Origin: a virus
Taxonomy: Duplodnaviria > Caudoviricetes
DNA: 64,000 nucleotides
Virus record (IMG/VR): IMGVR_UViG_3300028175_000001
Strand: one strand, 5' to 3'
In this document: one piece after another, positions 19,679 to 29,381 of the stretch
How the letters are laid out: every line of letters starts with the position of its first letter
Numbering within the stretch: the stretch's first letter is position 1
Notes under the pieces: model-generated
Told to the model about the DNA's origin: nothing
Seen by the model: only the letters and a program-made list of their open reading frames with translations
Database searches by the model: none
Translations under genes and position numbers: made by a program

Positions 19679-21390
19679 TGTACGATTCTACTAAAATTTT
19701 TAAATTTTTCAAATTTTATAACATGTTTAAATTTATCATAAAGAATTTCACCTTTATGACTTATCACAAATACATTTGATTCGCCGCCAAGAGAATGTAT
19801 TATTTTTAGAAAATCACTTGTTCCGTCTTCATCAAGAGAACTATCAAAGACTTCATCTAGTATGAGTAAATTTGTACTCATACTATTTTTCAATTTAGCA
19901 ATAGTTCTCCAGGTAAAAAGCAGGGCCAAATCAATACGCATTTTTTCGCCTTCACTAAATGAAGCATATGTAAATATATCACGAAATCTTGATTTGATAG
20001 TTTCCCCAAAATTTTCATCTAAATTAAAAGAAATATAAAATTCCATTAATGTCAAATATTTATTAATCAGATTATTCATAATTGGTAAATATTTTTTAAT
20101 AATTAAAGTCTTAATACCATTGTCTTTAAGCAAAACACTTGCTGTGTCATATACTGAGTGTAAATTGCTATATTGTTCTTTTAATGACAAAAACTTTTTA
20201 TGATCTAATTTTAATTCTTTTAATTGTATTAAAGCATCAGAAACATCTGCTCCCTTTTCATTTAATTGATTTATTTCTTCATTTATTTTTTCAATATATT
20301 GATTAATAGCGAATATTGACGCATTGTACTTTGTCACGGTGCTTTGTATTTCTGTAATGTTTTTTTGAGTAAGTTGCATTTCAGAAATTGAATTAAAAGA
20401 CGAGGTTATTTCTTTTCCTATCTTAGATATCGCTTCGTTTAATTTGGTTTTCTTATCTTCTTTCAAGTGTATTTCACACGTTCTATGCTCATCATCAATT
20501 GTTTGGTTACAAGTCGGGCAATCAGAATTTTCATTATAAAAATTTATTTCTTTTTCAAGTTGTTTTAAATTTTTTTCAATATTATATTGATATTTTTCTA
20601 ATTTTTGATGTTTAACGTGTATCTTATCAAAATTGCAAATAAGTTTTTGAAGAACAGAAATATCTTTATCACAAACTGCAATCTGTGAATTATATTGTTT
20701 TATTTGATTATTGGATTCTTTAATGTTTTTTTGATTACTCGCAATTAATTGTTTATTACTTTTTTTCATTTTTGAAATATAATCTTCTTGCAATTCTAAA
20801 GCATTTTCAGTTTTTGAAAACATTAATTCATTTTGATATTGTTCATTTTTCAAATTAGAAATTTTACCTTTCAACAATAAATTCATAGTAGAAAATATTT
20901 GAATACCTAACAAATCCTCAATGATCACTCTGCGGTCACTTGCTTTAAGTTGCATAAATGGAATAAAAGATGTACTACCGAGAACTACAATCTGAGTAAA
21001 CGATTTATAATTTAATTTGAGAATATTTTTTTCAAGATGTTCTTGATAATCTCTTGTTTTTGAATCTTGATTTATCATTTTTCCATCAACTTCAATTTCA
21101 AATATGTTCGGTTTAATACCTCTACGAACAATATAATTTTTTTTACTGATTGAAAATTCTGTTTCAATAAGACAATTTCTATCATTAATTGAATTGACAA
21201 TTTGTGACTTATTAATATTCCGGAATGCTTTTCCAAACAAACTAAAAGTAAGAGCATCTAGTATAGTAGACTTCCCAGATCCATTTTCACCAACCATTAA
21301 TGTTGTTGAATGTTGATTTAAATCAATTTCGATAAAATTTTGACCAGTGGAAAGGGTGTTTTTCCATCGAATTCTATGAAAGTTTATCAT
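19675..21390 (-). CDS. 46: Recombination endonuclease ATPase subunit (gp46, Rad50-like)
   Basis: GENGSGKS, CPTC zinc hook, FSEGEKMR and LILDEVFD. Confidence 0.96.
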   Translation of the reverse strand: MINFHRIRWKNTLSTGQNFIEIDLNQHSTTLMVGENGSGKSTILDALTFSLFGKAFRNINKSQIVNSINDRNCLIETEFSISKKNYIVRRGIKPNIFEIEVDGKMINQDSKTRDYQEHLEKNILKLNYKSFTQIVVLGSTSFIPFMQLKASDRRVIIEDLLGIQIFSTMNLLLKGKISNLKNEQYQNELMFSKTENALELQEDYISKMKKSNKQLIASNQKNIKESNNQIKQYNSQIAVCDKDISVLQKLICNFDKIHVKHQKLEKYQYNIEKNLKQLEKEINFYNENSDCPTCNQTIDDEHRTCEIHLKEDKKTKLNEAISKIGKEITSSFNSISEMQLTQKNITEIQSTVTKYNASIFAINQYIEKINEEINQLNEKGADVSDALIQLKELKLDHKKFLSLKEQYSNLHSVYDTASVLLKDNGIKTLIIKKYLPIMNNLINKYLTLMEFYISFNLDENFGETIKSRFRDIFTYASFSEGEKMRIDLALLFTWRTIAKLKNSMSTNLLILDEVFDSSLDEDGTSDFLKIIHSLGGESNVFVISHKGEILYDKFKHVIKFEKFKNFSRIVQ

Positions 21391-21568
21391 AGTTTAATTT
21401 TAATATTTCAATTATTTTTGTTTGGAGAAAGAGTACTTTAGTGTATGCTATATCTCTGTTGCTATAATGACCATGTTTATTTGTCTTGGCAAATTCTTTT
21501 TCTAACACAAATAATTTATCAAGTTCACTCTTCAGTAAGAAATTGAGGCGTTGATTCATTTTCAGCAT
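21374..21568 (-). CDS. Hypothetical protein
   Basis: 64-aa ORF between gp47 and gp46; start uncertain. Confidence 0.5.
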   Translation of the reverse strand: MLKMNQRLNFLLKSELDKLFVLEKEFAKTNKHGHYSNRDIAYTKVLFLQTKIIEILKLNYDKLS

Positions 21569-21725
21569 TATATTTTGAATATTTCATCGTTTTTTTGAAA
21601 ATATCATTAATATGATCATTTAAAGTTATATTTTTTTTATGAGCGTCTAATGCTATTTTTATAAAAACGTCATCATCTAACGCTAATTCTATTTCTTTTG
21701 TTTCTTTTTTAGGCCGTGATTTCAT
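21525..21725 (-). CDS. Small hypothetical protein, possibly ribbon-helix-helix DNA binding
   Basis: IELALDDDVFIKIALDAHKKNITLNDHINDIF has a strand-helix-helix pattern. Confidence 0.55.
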   Translation of the reverse strand: MKSRPKKETKEIELALDDDVFIKIALDAHKKNITLNDHINDIFKKTMKYSKYNAENESTPQFLTEE

Positions 21726-22785
21726 AGTCTAATGCTTCATTATAGAGTGTTCTTATTAAAGTGTCAAGTTCTTTTTTATCTTTTTGTATGTTTAATGTAT
21801 CTATATAATTACTTAAAATAGTGAGAGTGTCTTCAGCTTCATCAATAACTGAATCATCATCTTCAAATTCAAGATCAATATTTTCCACAACTGATACATT
21901 TACTGCTTCTGCTTTATATAATTCATCCAACATTGTATCAAACCAATACGGATTTTGTTTTTTTACAACTACAACTTTGACAATAGTTCCTGTATATTTT
22001 TCATATTGTTTTTCTTTAATTGATTCAAAGGTTTCTTTAGTGTCATCATAATAAATTTTATGAAACATGCGATAAGGATTTTGAATAAATTCCAATTCTC
22101 TTGTTTTAGTATCAAAAATATGAAATCCTCTTGAATCATTATAATCAGCCCAAGTTATTTCATAAGGATTACCTAGATAAGTAATGCTTCCCTGCGTAGA
22201 TTTATGATGAAAATGCCCACTATATACTAAGTCAAATTTAGAAAACGTGTTCATATCAACCCCATAATCACACACCTGATTGTAATTCATTAAAAAACCA
22301 TTAATTTCAAGATGCCCCATCATAATTTGCGAAGATGTTTTTTTGATAGCATCCATGCATTCTGTATAATTATCTGAAGTAATCCAAGGCATCATTATTA
22401 TTTTAGTACCATCAAAATCCACTTCTCTAGGACTAGAATATACCCATGGTTCATAAAGACCATCTGATGTTGAAAATAATTCAGTCATTGAATTTATTTC
22501 ATTAGTGTTTTTGTAAAAAATATCATGATTGCCAATTATGAAATGAGTGTCAACGCCCATTTTCCACAAGCGGTCCACAAAATTTTCTCTTAAATCATTT
22601 GCAGTTTTAAAATTGATATATTTTCTTCTGTCAACAACATCTCCTAAATGAATACATGCTTTAATATTATATTCCTCAATACGAGGAAAAAAAACATTAT
22701 CATAAAATTTACGAAAATAATTAGAAAATATCACATTATCATTTCTAGCTCCGAAATGAGTATCCGTTATTAATGCTATTTTCAT
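21709..22785 (-). CDS. 47: Recombination endonuclease nuclease subunit (gp47, Mre11-like)
   Basis: ITDTHFG, HLGD, IGNHD, MGHLE and SGHFH motifs. Confidence 0.96.
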   Translation of the reverse strand: MKIALITDTHFGARNDNVIFSNYFRKFYDNVFFPRIEEYNIKACIHLGDVVDRRKYINFKTANDLRENFVDRLWKMGVDTHFIIGNHDIFYKNTNEINSMTELFSTSDGLYEPWVYSSPREVDFDGTKIIMMPWITSDNYTECMDAIKKTSSQIMMGHLEINGFLMNYNQVCDYGVDMNTFSKFDLVYSGHFHHKSTQGSITYLGNPYEITWADYNDSRGFHIFDTKTRELEFIQNPYRMFHKIYYDDTKETFESIKEKQYEKYTGTIVKVVVVKKQNPYWFDTMLDELYKAEAVNVSVVENIDLEFEDDDSVIDEAEDTLTILSNYIDTLNIQKDKKELDTLIRTLYNEALDYEITA

Positions 22786-23351
22786 ATGTAAACTGTTCCT
22801 GATTTTGAAAATATTTTATTTTTGGGATCTTCTTGAGATTCGTCTTCTTTTTTCTGTCTTTTTGCAAATCTCTTTTCTTCGAAATCCTCTATAAATTTAG
22901 ATATGGCAAGTCTAGAATCAGCAGAACCTATTAAATTCAAATATTCTTTATTATCAGAATCACTGGTCTCTATATGGTCTTCAAGGTGCGATAATCTATC
23001 CATTTCTTTGTATTTAATATATAAATTCTTTTTTTCTTTTTGGATTCTTCTAACAAATGCCCAATAAATTATCTGAGTAAAATATGCAAAGGGGTTTGTT
23101 GATTTTTCTGGATTAAAATTATTAACATATTGAAGACAATTTTCTATACCATCAGAAATCATGTCTTCTTTAAATGCATAATTTATAAAATTTGGTCTAA
23201 AAGAAAGTCGTTGAGCTATAAGTAAAAAACATTCTCCCACATAATCTGGAACGGGAGGAATTTCTATATTTTCTTTCTCCGCAGTACTGATTTTTTCTTT
23301 ATACTCAATCATAGCTTTAAGAAAATCTGCATTATTTATATAATTGGCCAT
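22782..23351 (-). CDS. 55: Late-transcription sigma factor (gp55)
   Basis: YINNADFL, RPNFINY, EDMISDGIENC and NPFAYFTQI. Confidence 0.95.
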   Translation of the reverse strand: MANYINNADFLKAMIEYKEKISTAEKENIEIPPVPDYVGECFLLIAQRLSFRPNFINYAFKEDMISDGIENCLQYVNNFNPEKSTNPFAYFTQIIYWAFVRRIQKEKKNLYIKYKEMDRLSHLEDHIETSDSDNKEYLNLIGSADSRLAISKFIEDFEEKRFAKRQKKEDESQEDPKNKIFSKSGTVYI

Positions 23352-23394
23352 TATTTCTCCGTGTTATGTTAAAGATCAAAAAATTCTTACTTTT

Positions 23395-23424
23395 ATAATA
23401 ACATGAATATATGATATTTGTCAA
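23395..23424 (-). promoter_or_regulatory. Sigma70-type promoter for gene 55
   Basis: Minus strand TTGACA-18 nt-TATTAT with TG extended -10. Confidence 0.55.
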
Positions 23425-23438
23425 GTTTTTTATTGGAA

Positions 23439-24923
23439 TTAAGAATTTATCGGAACAGTTATAATAGTATATTCAAACTGTTCTTCATTATAAAGTTTTA
23501 TTCTTTCTACAAAATGATTTAACGTATAATTTTTATAGTTTTTATAAGAAAAATCATCTGCTATATCGTATAACGTAGCTATTTTTTTCGATTTATTTTG
23601 TCTAAGACTTCTTCCTATACTTTGTAAATTTCTTATTCTTGATTTAGAGGGAGAAGCAAAAATAATATTATGTAAATTGGTTATATTGATACCAGTAGAA
23701 AATGTACCATAACTCGCTACAACAATAGCATTTGTTTCATTTTCAACAGCTTTTCTAATATTTTCTCTATCAGTTGTTTCTGTTCCACCATATACAAAAA
23801 AGACTTTTCTTCCATCTTTGGCTTTTTCTTTTATAAGATCATACAGAATTTTTCCATGATTTTCCACCATTTGAAAAAGAATCAAAGTATTAGTATTTAA
23901 ACTTATTGCAAGATTTCGAATGAATTTGTTTCTTTTTTCATTTGAAATAATAACATCGATTTCTTCTTTATAAGTATAAGACTTAATCTGTTTACGCATT
24001 TCTTCAGGATACTGTAAAACTAAAGACTTAATTCGAAAGGGAGAAAGTGTTTTTTTATCTATTAACTCGTTTGTAGTGGTTACTAGATGAGTTTCTCCGA
24101 ATAACCCTTCTAAAACTAATTTATGAGTTAATGTTCCATCTAAAGTTCCAGTTGTACCAAATTTATATTTTGTATTAATTGTTTTTTCCATTATAGACGT
24201 AAGAGATTTCGCTTTAAAAAGATGAGCTTCATCCCCCAGAATAAAATCAAAATCAGCATAATAACTAATATTCATTTTATATAAAGATTGCCAAGTAGAA
24301 ATATAAATAGGTTTAGATGATATTTTATCTTTACCTGCATAAATCTGATGAACATTTTCTGAGGCATTCCAATTATCTGGTTTAGAATAATCTGCAAAAT
24401 CACTCGTCATCTGTGCTACTAAAGATGTTGTGGGAACAATTATTAATGCTTTAAAATTTGGAAATTTTTGTTGATAGTATCTTAAAAGCAAATATATTAT
24501 AAAAGATTTACCAGATGCCGTAGGAGAGAGAAGTAAACATCTTTCATGATTTATTGCATATAAAAACGCATCAATTTGATAGTCTCTAGCCCGAATATCC
24601 AATACAAGACTTTTGACAAATTTTTCATAATCTTCATTGTTGTAATTGTTTAAACTTTTAGGAAAACTTTTATATTCTATTTTATATTGTCTGTCTCGTG
24701 TAAATCGTAGTAAATGATTTAATAATCCAATATATAATTCTTTTGATCTTAAATTATAAAGTCTAATTTTTCCATCCCACATTTTGTTTTTAAAGGATGG
24801 CATAAACCTATAGCCAGGAATAAAAAAAGTAAAATATTCGCTTATTTCTCGTTCAATACCAGGTTCTGATTGAACCAGCATATGTACTTCATTTTTTTTA
24901 TCTATTGAAATTTTTTCTATCAT
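23439..24923 (-). CDS. uvsW: UvsW SF2 helicase
   Basis: RDYQ, SPTASGKS, GDEAH, GTTGT and LQSIGR. Confidence 0.95.
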   Translation of the reverse strand: MIEKISIDKKNEVHMLVQSEPGIEREISEYFTFFIPGYRFMPSFKNKMWDGKIRLYNLRSKELYIGLLNHLLRFTRDRQYKIEYKSFPKSLNNYNNEDYEKFVKSLVLDIRARDYQIDAFLYAINHERCLLLSPTASGKSFIIYLLLRYYQQKFPNFKALIIVPTTSLVAQMTSDFADYSKPDNWNASENVHQIYAGKDKISSKPIYISTWQSLYKMNISYYADFDFILGDEAHLFKAKSLTSIMEKTINTKYKFGTTGTLDGTLTHKLVLEGLFGETHLVTTTNELIDKKTLSPFRIKSLVLQYPEEMRKQIKSYTYKEEIDVIISNEKRNKFIRNLAISLNTNTLILFQMVENHGKILYDLIKEKAKDGRKVFFVYGGTETTDRENIRKAVENETNAIVVASYGTFSTGINITNLHNIIFASPSKSRIRNLQSIGRSLRQNKSKKIATLYDIADDFSYKNYKNYTLNHFVERIKLYNEEQFEYTIITVPINS

Positions 24924-25515
24924 CTCTTAACCAGACTTTTGAAGCCGCCCAAACATTATTCGGCAAGATCCAAACTTCTTTAAATTTTTCACCCACTGCT
25001 CTTGCTACATCTCCCCAATTATAATCATGGCCCATAATTAAACCGTCTTCTTGTACTATTGGTGTCCAGCAATTTATATCAGTTTTAACACTTTCATAAC
25101 TATGATCACCATCTATAAATACAAAATCAATAGATTCTTTCTCAAATTGTTTTGAAGCATTATCAGAACGATCTATGATCAATTCAAGATTTGGGAATTT
25201 AAGAGATTCTTTTAATACCTGTTTTTTAAGTATATTTAAAGATTCATCATTATATTCTTCATTTATGCGTTGTTCATATAACGTATTGTCTGGTTGTACT
25301 TTATAAGGATCGACACCGTACATTTTTAGTTGTTTATTTCCCTTATCCAACAAACTAAACATGTTTTCGCCGTTATTCACTCCTATCTCCACACCTATTT
25401 TATAATTAAACTGAGTGATCATGATGTTTATTACGTCCCACCTTGCCCAATAGGCAGGATAAGCGAATTGAACGCCTGTTTTTATTAAATCTTTCGGTTT
25501 TGGATTTTTGTTCAT
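24898..25515 (-). CDS. Class I SAM-dependent methyltransferase (Methyltransf_24-like, glycan/small-molecule type)
   Basis: VEIGV, YGVDPY, FVFIDGDHSY and GHDY motifs. Confidence 0.8.
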   Translation of the reverse strand: MNKNPKPKDLIKTGVQFAYPAYWARWDVINIMITQFNYKIGVEIGVNNGENMFSLLDKGNKQLKMYGVDPYKVQPDNTLYEQRINEEYNDESLNILKKQVLKESLKFPNLELIIDRSDNASKQFEKESIDFVFIDGDHSYESVKTDINCWTPIVQEDGLIMGHDYNWGDVARAVGEKFKEVWILPNNVWAASKVWLRDDRKNFNR

Positions 25516-26555
25516 TTTAATAATTTAGCCCATTTTTTAATAATTATATCAGAATCGAATTTTTTTAAGTCAACAACTGTTTTTCTTTTTTCAATATCCA
25601 CAGTCCAATCATAAATATCATCTATAGTTGTATTTTTTCTAATAAACATGTTATTTTCATCTGTTAATATTTCCTCAGCCGCATCTGATTCATATGTTAT
25701 TACAGGTACTCCTAAGTTATTTGCTTCTAAATAAACAAGACCAAACGTTTCTTGAGGCATTCCCACTCTAAAAAGACATGCGGCATTAGCTAGAGTTTTT
25801 AAAACAGATTCATAATTTAATTCTCCTAAAAAATGAACAGGATAATTGCTTTTATTAACTTCTTCGATTAAATCTGTAAATATTTTCACGTCTCTTTTTT
25901 GTTTTTGAGGAGGACAGCAAACATAAAATGGCCTTTTCATACCTTTATCATAAAGAGCGATATAAACCATCAGTGCTTCTTTAAATCCTTTACCAAAAGC
26001 ACTCATCCAAAAAAGATAATTTCCTCTTTCATTTTTCGGTTTCTGTTTATCCGCGCCTTTAGGAAGCATATAATGAATAGTTTGATCACCTTTTACTTTT
26101 TTACCTTTATCATGAACATAGTTTTTAAGTGCATCTGATAAAAACAATCTAGGAACTTCTTCATGGCAAGTTGTCCAATTATGCAACCAAATATAATTTT
26201 TATCTCCGCTATTATTTTCTAAAGGCGATAATACTTTAATATGGGGATTAAACATTTGATAATGTTTCCAAGTATTACCAATATAACTAATTTGATTACA
26301 ATTTATCCTTACTCTTGATTTAGCATAAAAATGTCTATAATAATTTAAATGTTTTACATTGTTTATTATTTTATCAGTTCCATCTGTTAAAGAATGCACC
26401 AATCCAACATTGAAATTTTCACTGGCTAGTTTTTCTGCAACAGTCAAAACTTGTCTCTCTGTACCGCCCATAGCTCCCCCATCAATTTCAAACAATTGAG
26501 GTGAAATTATTAAGTAATCATAACTCATTAAGCTCCTGAAGTGAATTTTCTCCAA
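25512..26555 (-). CDS. GT-B glycosyltransferase (GT4-like)
   Basis: MGGTERQV N-terminal loop; ETFGLVYLEANNLGVPVI (Ex7E) motif. Confidence 0.8.
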   Translation of the reverse strand: MEKIHFRSLMSYDYLIISPQLFEIDGGAMGGTERQVLTVAEKLASENFNVGLVHSLTDGTDKIINNVKHLNYYRHFYAKSRVRINCNQISYIGNTWKHYQMFNPHIKVLSPLENNSGDKNYIWLHNWTTCHEEVPRLFLSDALKNYVHDKGKKVKGDQTIHYMLPKGADKQKPKNERGNYLFWMSAFGKGFKEALMVYIALYDKGMKRPFYVCCPPQKQKRDVKIFTDLIEEVNKSNYPVHFLGELNYESVLKTLANAACLFRVGMPQETFGLVYLEANNLGVPVITYESDAAEEILTDENNMFIRKNTTIDDIYDWTVDIEKRKTVVDLKKFDSDIIIKKWAKLLK

Positions 26556-26971
26556 TCAATTATATTCTTGATCAAAAAATTTCTGTTAACAACTGTTTTT
26601 ATAATTGATTCTAAATAATTTATTTTTTCTTTTTGATATTCGATTTTTTCTTGCAGAACAATCATGTCTTTATCAGAATATAAAAATCTATCTAAATCTA
26701 ATTTATTTCTAGATTTAATATCTAATTCGAACGGATCCCAATTCATCTTATCTAAAGTGATTTTATCAAGTTTGCCTGTGTAATAAAGCCATTTTAATTT
26801 AGACAGTTCTTTCTTTCTCGACTCAAATTTTACAAGTCTCAATTTTTCTTCTGAAAAAATTTTAAAATATTTATTGTGAAGTTCGGGTATTCTTTTTGAT
26901 TCTGTGTCTAGTTGTATATCATCTAAAACACAATCACTGGTCCATAATTCTTGAATGTTTTCTAATTTCAT
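26528..26971 (-). CDS. uvsY: UvsY recombination mediator
   Basis: PELHNKY, WLYYTGK and IKNIIDWRKF; synteny. Confidence 0.9.
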   Translation of the reverse strand: MKLENIQELWTSDCVLDDIQLDTESKRIPELHNKYFKIFSEEKLRLVKFESRKKELSKLKWLYYTGKLDKITLDKMNWDPFELDIKSRNKLDLDRFLYSDKDMIVLQEKIEYQKEKINYLESIIKTVVNRNFLIKNIIDWRKFTSGA

Positions 26972-26983
26972 TATACCTCATAA

Positions 26984-27520
26984 TCAATGTTCTCCAATAA
27001 TTCTTTCTATGTTATATGTAGAATATGCAAATGTAGCATCTGCGGCAACAACTTCTGCATCAGCAACATCAGAAGACATTTCTATATCTGTTAAGTCCAC
27101 AGGAAATAAATCTGTAAATTTGGCCACATACTGTATATTTTTGTTACTGGTAAGAATTGACAATGTACCATCAGAATATAATTCTCCTTTAGGATTAGGT
27201 ACATTTGCTACTGCAAGATTTTTATATTGGTCCAGATTATCAGGAAAAGTAATACCTTTTATCCAATCATAAACCTCTAACCAATTTTTCAATTCTTCAT
27301 CTATTATAAATCTAACACGTAATTCATTATATTGCACTTTATCGCCCGCAATAGGAATGTCTCTAAGGGGAGTTGTAAGAATGGCCTGTCCTGCTGATAA
27401 CCCAGGTAAATTTGCAGATTGACAGAAAAAATTTACGTTTGGAATTTTTTCAATCGTAAATTTAAATCCCGTGGGTATAAAATAATTTAAATTTTTTGGT
27501 TGGTTGCTAGATTTCGCCAT
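26984..27520 (-). CDS. 3: Tail completion/sheath stabiliser (gp3)
   Basis: FFCQSANLPG, PIAGDK, FIIDE.LKNW.E.YDW; upstream of uvsY. Confidence 0.85.
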   Translation of the reverse strand: MAKSSNQPKNLNYFIPTGFKFTIEKIPNVNFFCQSANLPGLSAGQAILTTPLRDIPIAGDKVQYNELRVRFIIDEELKNWLEVYDWIKGITFPDNLDQYKNLAVANVPNPKGELYSDGTLSILTSNKNIQYVAKFTDLFPVDLTDIEMSSDVADAEVVAADATFAYSTYNIERIIGEH

Positions 27521-28179
27521 AGCTCATCTTTCGATATGTTTGGTATATTTTCTAATGTTTGATCTTGATCAATAACTCTTTTTATTTTAATATCATCATA
27601 TATATTTAGTAAGTATTCAAAACCATCTATAAATTCTTTTGTCATAGTAGTATTAGATGCTCCTTCTGAAGGATATCCATTAGTTCCATCATACATATTA
27701 TCTCTATCACCGAATATGTCAAATCCTATTAGATATATTTCTTCTTTTGGATAAAGATTGTGTGCTAATCTAGTTGCTTGTATTCCAGCACTTAATCCCC
27801 ATCCATCATCTTTCCAAGGTGTTTTTCTTATTAAACTTCCTTCTTTAGCCCATGAAATATAAGTGTGATCACCCCAACCATTATAATAAAATTCATATCC
27901 TGTCGGTTCGTTTTCATAAATTTTAGAATCGGAAGGAATATCAATAGTGTCTCTAATCATTCCTGGAAGAGAATTTATATTGCTCAAATAAACAATATTC
28001 TTTAAACTATAATCAGTATCTAGTATTTCATGAGTGACATGAGGATCAATAGTTAAAAGATAATCTGGTGCAAAATCACGATAAAGAGCATTACAACCAA
28101 ATGTCCATGCCTTTGTCTTAATATTTTCTAGATCCATATGTTGTCTAGATTTTCCATTTCCTATTATAACTACTGCCAC
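27487..28179 (-). CDS. Maf/GT42 sialyltransferase-like fold protein, paralogue 1
   Basis: VIIGNGKSR, FGCNALYRD and IYLIGFD resemble Cst/Maf motifs GNGPS, CN and YLxGxD. Confidence 0.5.
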   Translation of the reverse strand: MAVVIIGNGKSRQHMDLENIKTKAWTFGCNALYRDFAPDYLLTIDPHVTHEILDTDYSLKNIVYLSNINSLPGMIRDTIDIPSDSKIYENEPTGYEFYYNGWGDHTYISWAKEGSLIRKTPWKDDGWGLSAGIQATRLAHNLYPKEEIYLIGFDIFGDRDNMYDGTNGYPSEGASNTTMTKEFIDGFEYLLNIYDDIKIKRVIDQDQTLENIPNISKDELWRNLATNQKI

Positions 28180-28778
28180 GTTATTTCTTCCATAAATTGC
28201 TCTGTTGTTATATTATCAATATTTTCAATTTTTGTATCATCATCTATAACTCTTGTTAATCTTATTTTTGGACAAAAATGATCCTTCAACAAATAAAACA
28301 ATCCAATTCTTTCATCTTCCGCCATATGAAATTCTTCATTGGATGTTATTCCCTCCTTAAACATTGTTGGATAATTAGGAGAACCCTCATAAATATTTTT
28401 TCTATCACCGAATAAGTCAAAACCTATCATATATATTTGATCTTCTGGATGAAAATGATATGCCAATCTAATGCTCTCCCATCCAGAATTTACTGGATAT
28501 ATCTTCTCGAAAGGCACTAAAGAAACTTTATGTCCTTTGGGTGTTTTTTTCAGTATATCCTGTATATTACCATATCCATATTCAGTTGTATAAACTTTAT
28601 TTTCTTTAGAATATCCAGACTCAATTATTTCTTCAAGCATCATTGGATCACATGTAAGGAGTATGTCTGGAGTAAAATCACGATAAAGACCATTACTTCC
28701 ATATATTGTACCGTATTTCTTCAAAAATTGCAAGTCTATTTTTTGTCTTGACTCGCCATTACCTATACAAAAAATCAT
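28170..28778 (-). CDS. Maf/GT42 sialyltransferase-like fold protein, paralogue 2
   Basis: CIGNGESR, YGSNGLYRD and IYMIGFD; clear paralogue of 27487-28179. Confidence 0.5.
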   Translation of the reverse strand: MIFCIGNGESRQKIDLQFLKKYGTIYGSNGLYRDFTPDILLTCDPMMLEEIIESGYSKENKVYTTEYGYGNIQDILKKTPKGHKVSLVPFEKIYPVNSGWESIRLAYHFHPEDQIYMIGFDLFGDRKNIYEGSPNYPTMFKEGITSNEEFHMAEDERIGLFYLLKDHFCPKIRLTRVIDDDTKIENIDNITTEQFMEEITWQ

Positions 28779-29308
28779 GCTTTTTTATAAATTTCACGTT
28801 CTATGTTTTTAATACCATGTGTATACGAATATACAACATGAACTTCAATATTTTCTTTTATTGTTTCAGCTATTTTATTTCTCCACCAATCTTTCGGTTT
28901 TAATGTACAATGAGCATTTTCACCGTTTGGTAAAATTTGACTGGCTGGATACATTGCTATATTTAAATAAGTACATTTATTTGATAATGTAAAAATTTCT
29001 TTTAAAGTGTAATTTATTTCTTTTTCTGGAACATGTTCTAAAACATCTGTACAAATAACACAATCAAAATTGCCAGATGGCAAAAGACCCCATTTTGGTA
29101 TTGCAGGATCATAAAGCCCCATCTTATCAAGTCCCCATGATAAATGAATCCTATCTTCTATGTAATGTTTTGCATTTCCACATCCATAATCCAATGCGGT
29201 TTTTGATTTTGTAGTTTTTATTAATTTTTTGATATTGTCTAAATGAAGCGTAAGGGAATTGCCAGGATAAGGAGGAAGTTGTTTATATAAATCAATTTTA
29301 GAATGCAT
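28775..29308 (-). CDS. Class I SAM-dependent methyltransferase
   Basis: LDYGCG, LYDPAI and FDCVICTDVLEHVPE. Confidence 0.8.
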   Translation of the reverse strand: MHSKIDLYKQLPPYPGNSLTLHLDNIKKLIKTTKSKTALDYGCGNAKHYIEDRIHLSWGLDKMGLYDPAIPKWGLLPSGNFDCVICTDVLEHVPEKEINYTLKEIFTLSNKCTYLNIAMYPASQILPNGENAHCTLKPKDWWRNKIAETIKENIEVHVVYSYTHGIKNIEREIYKKA

Positions 29309-29323
29309 AATGTCTCCAAAAAC

Positions 29324-29354
29324 AAAAAAGGAGAAGGTTTAACCCTTCTCCTTT
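29324..29354 (-). terminator. Intrinsic terminator after gp23
   Basis: AAAGGAGAAGG-6 nt-CCTTCTCCTTT stem followed by a U-run on the minus strand. Confidence 0.8.
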
Positions 29355-29381
29355 ATGTATAATCTAAATTTTCAGAGAAAA

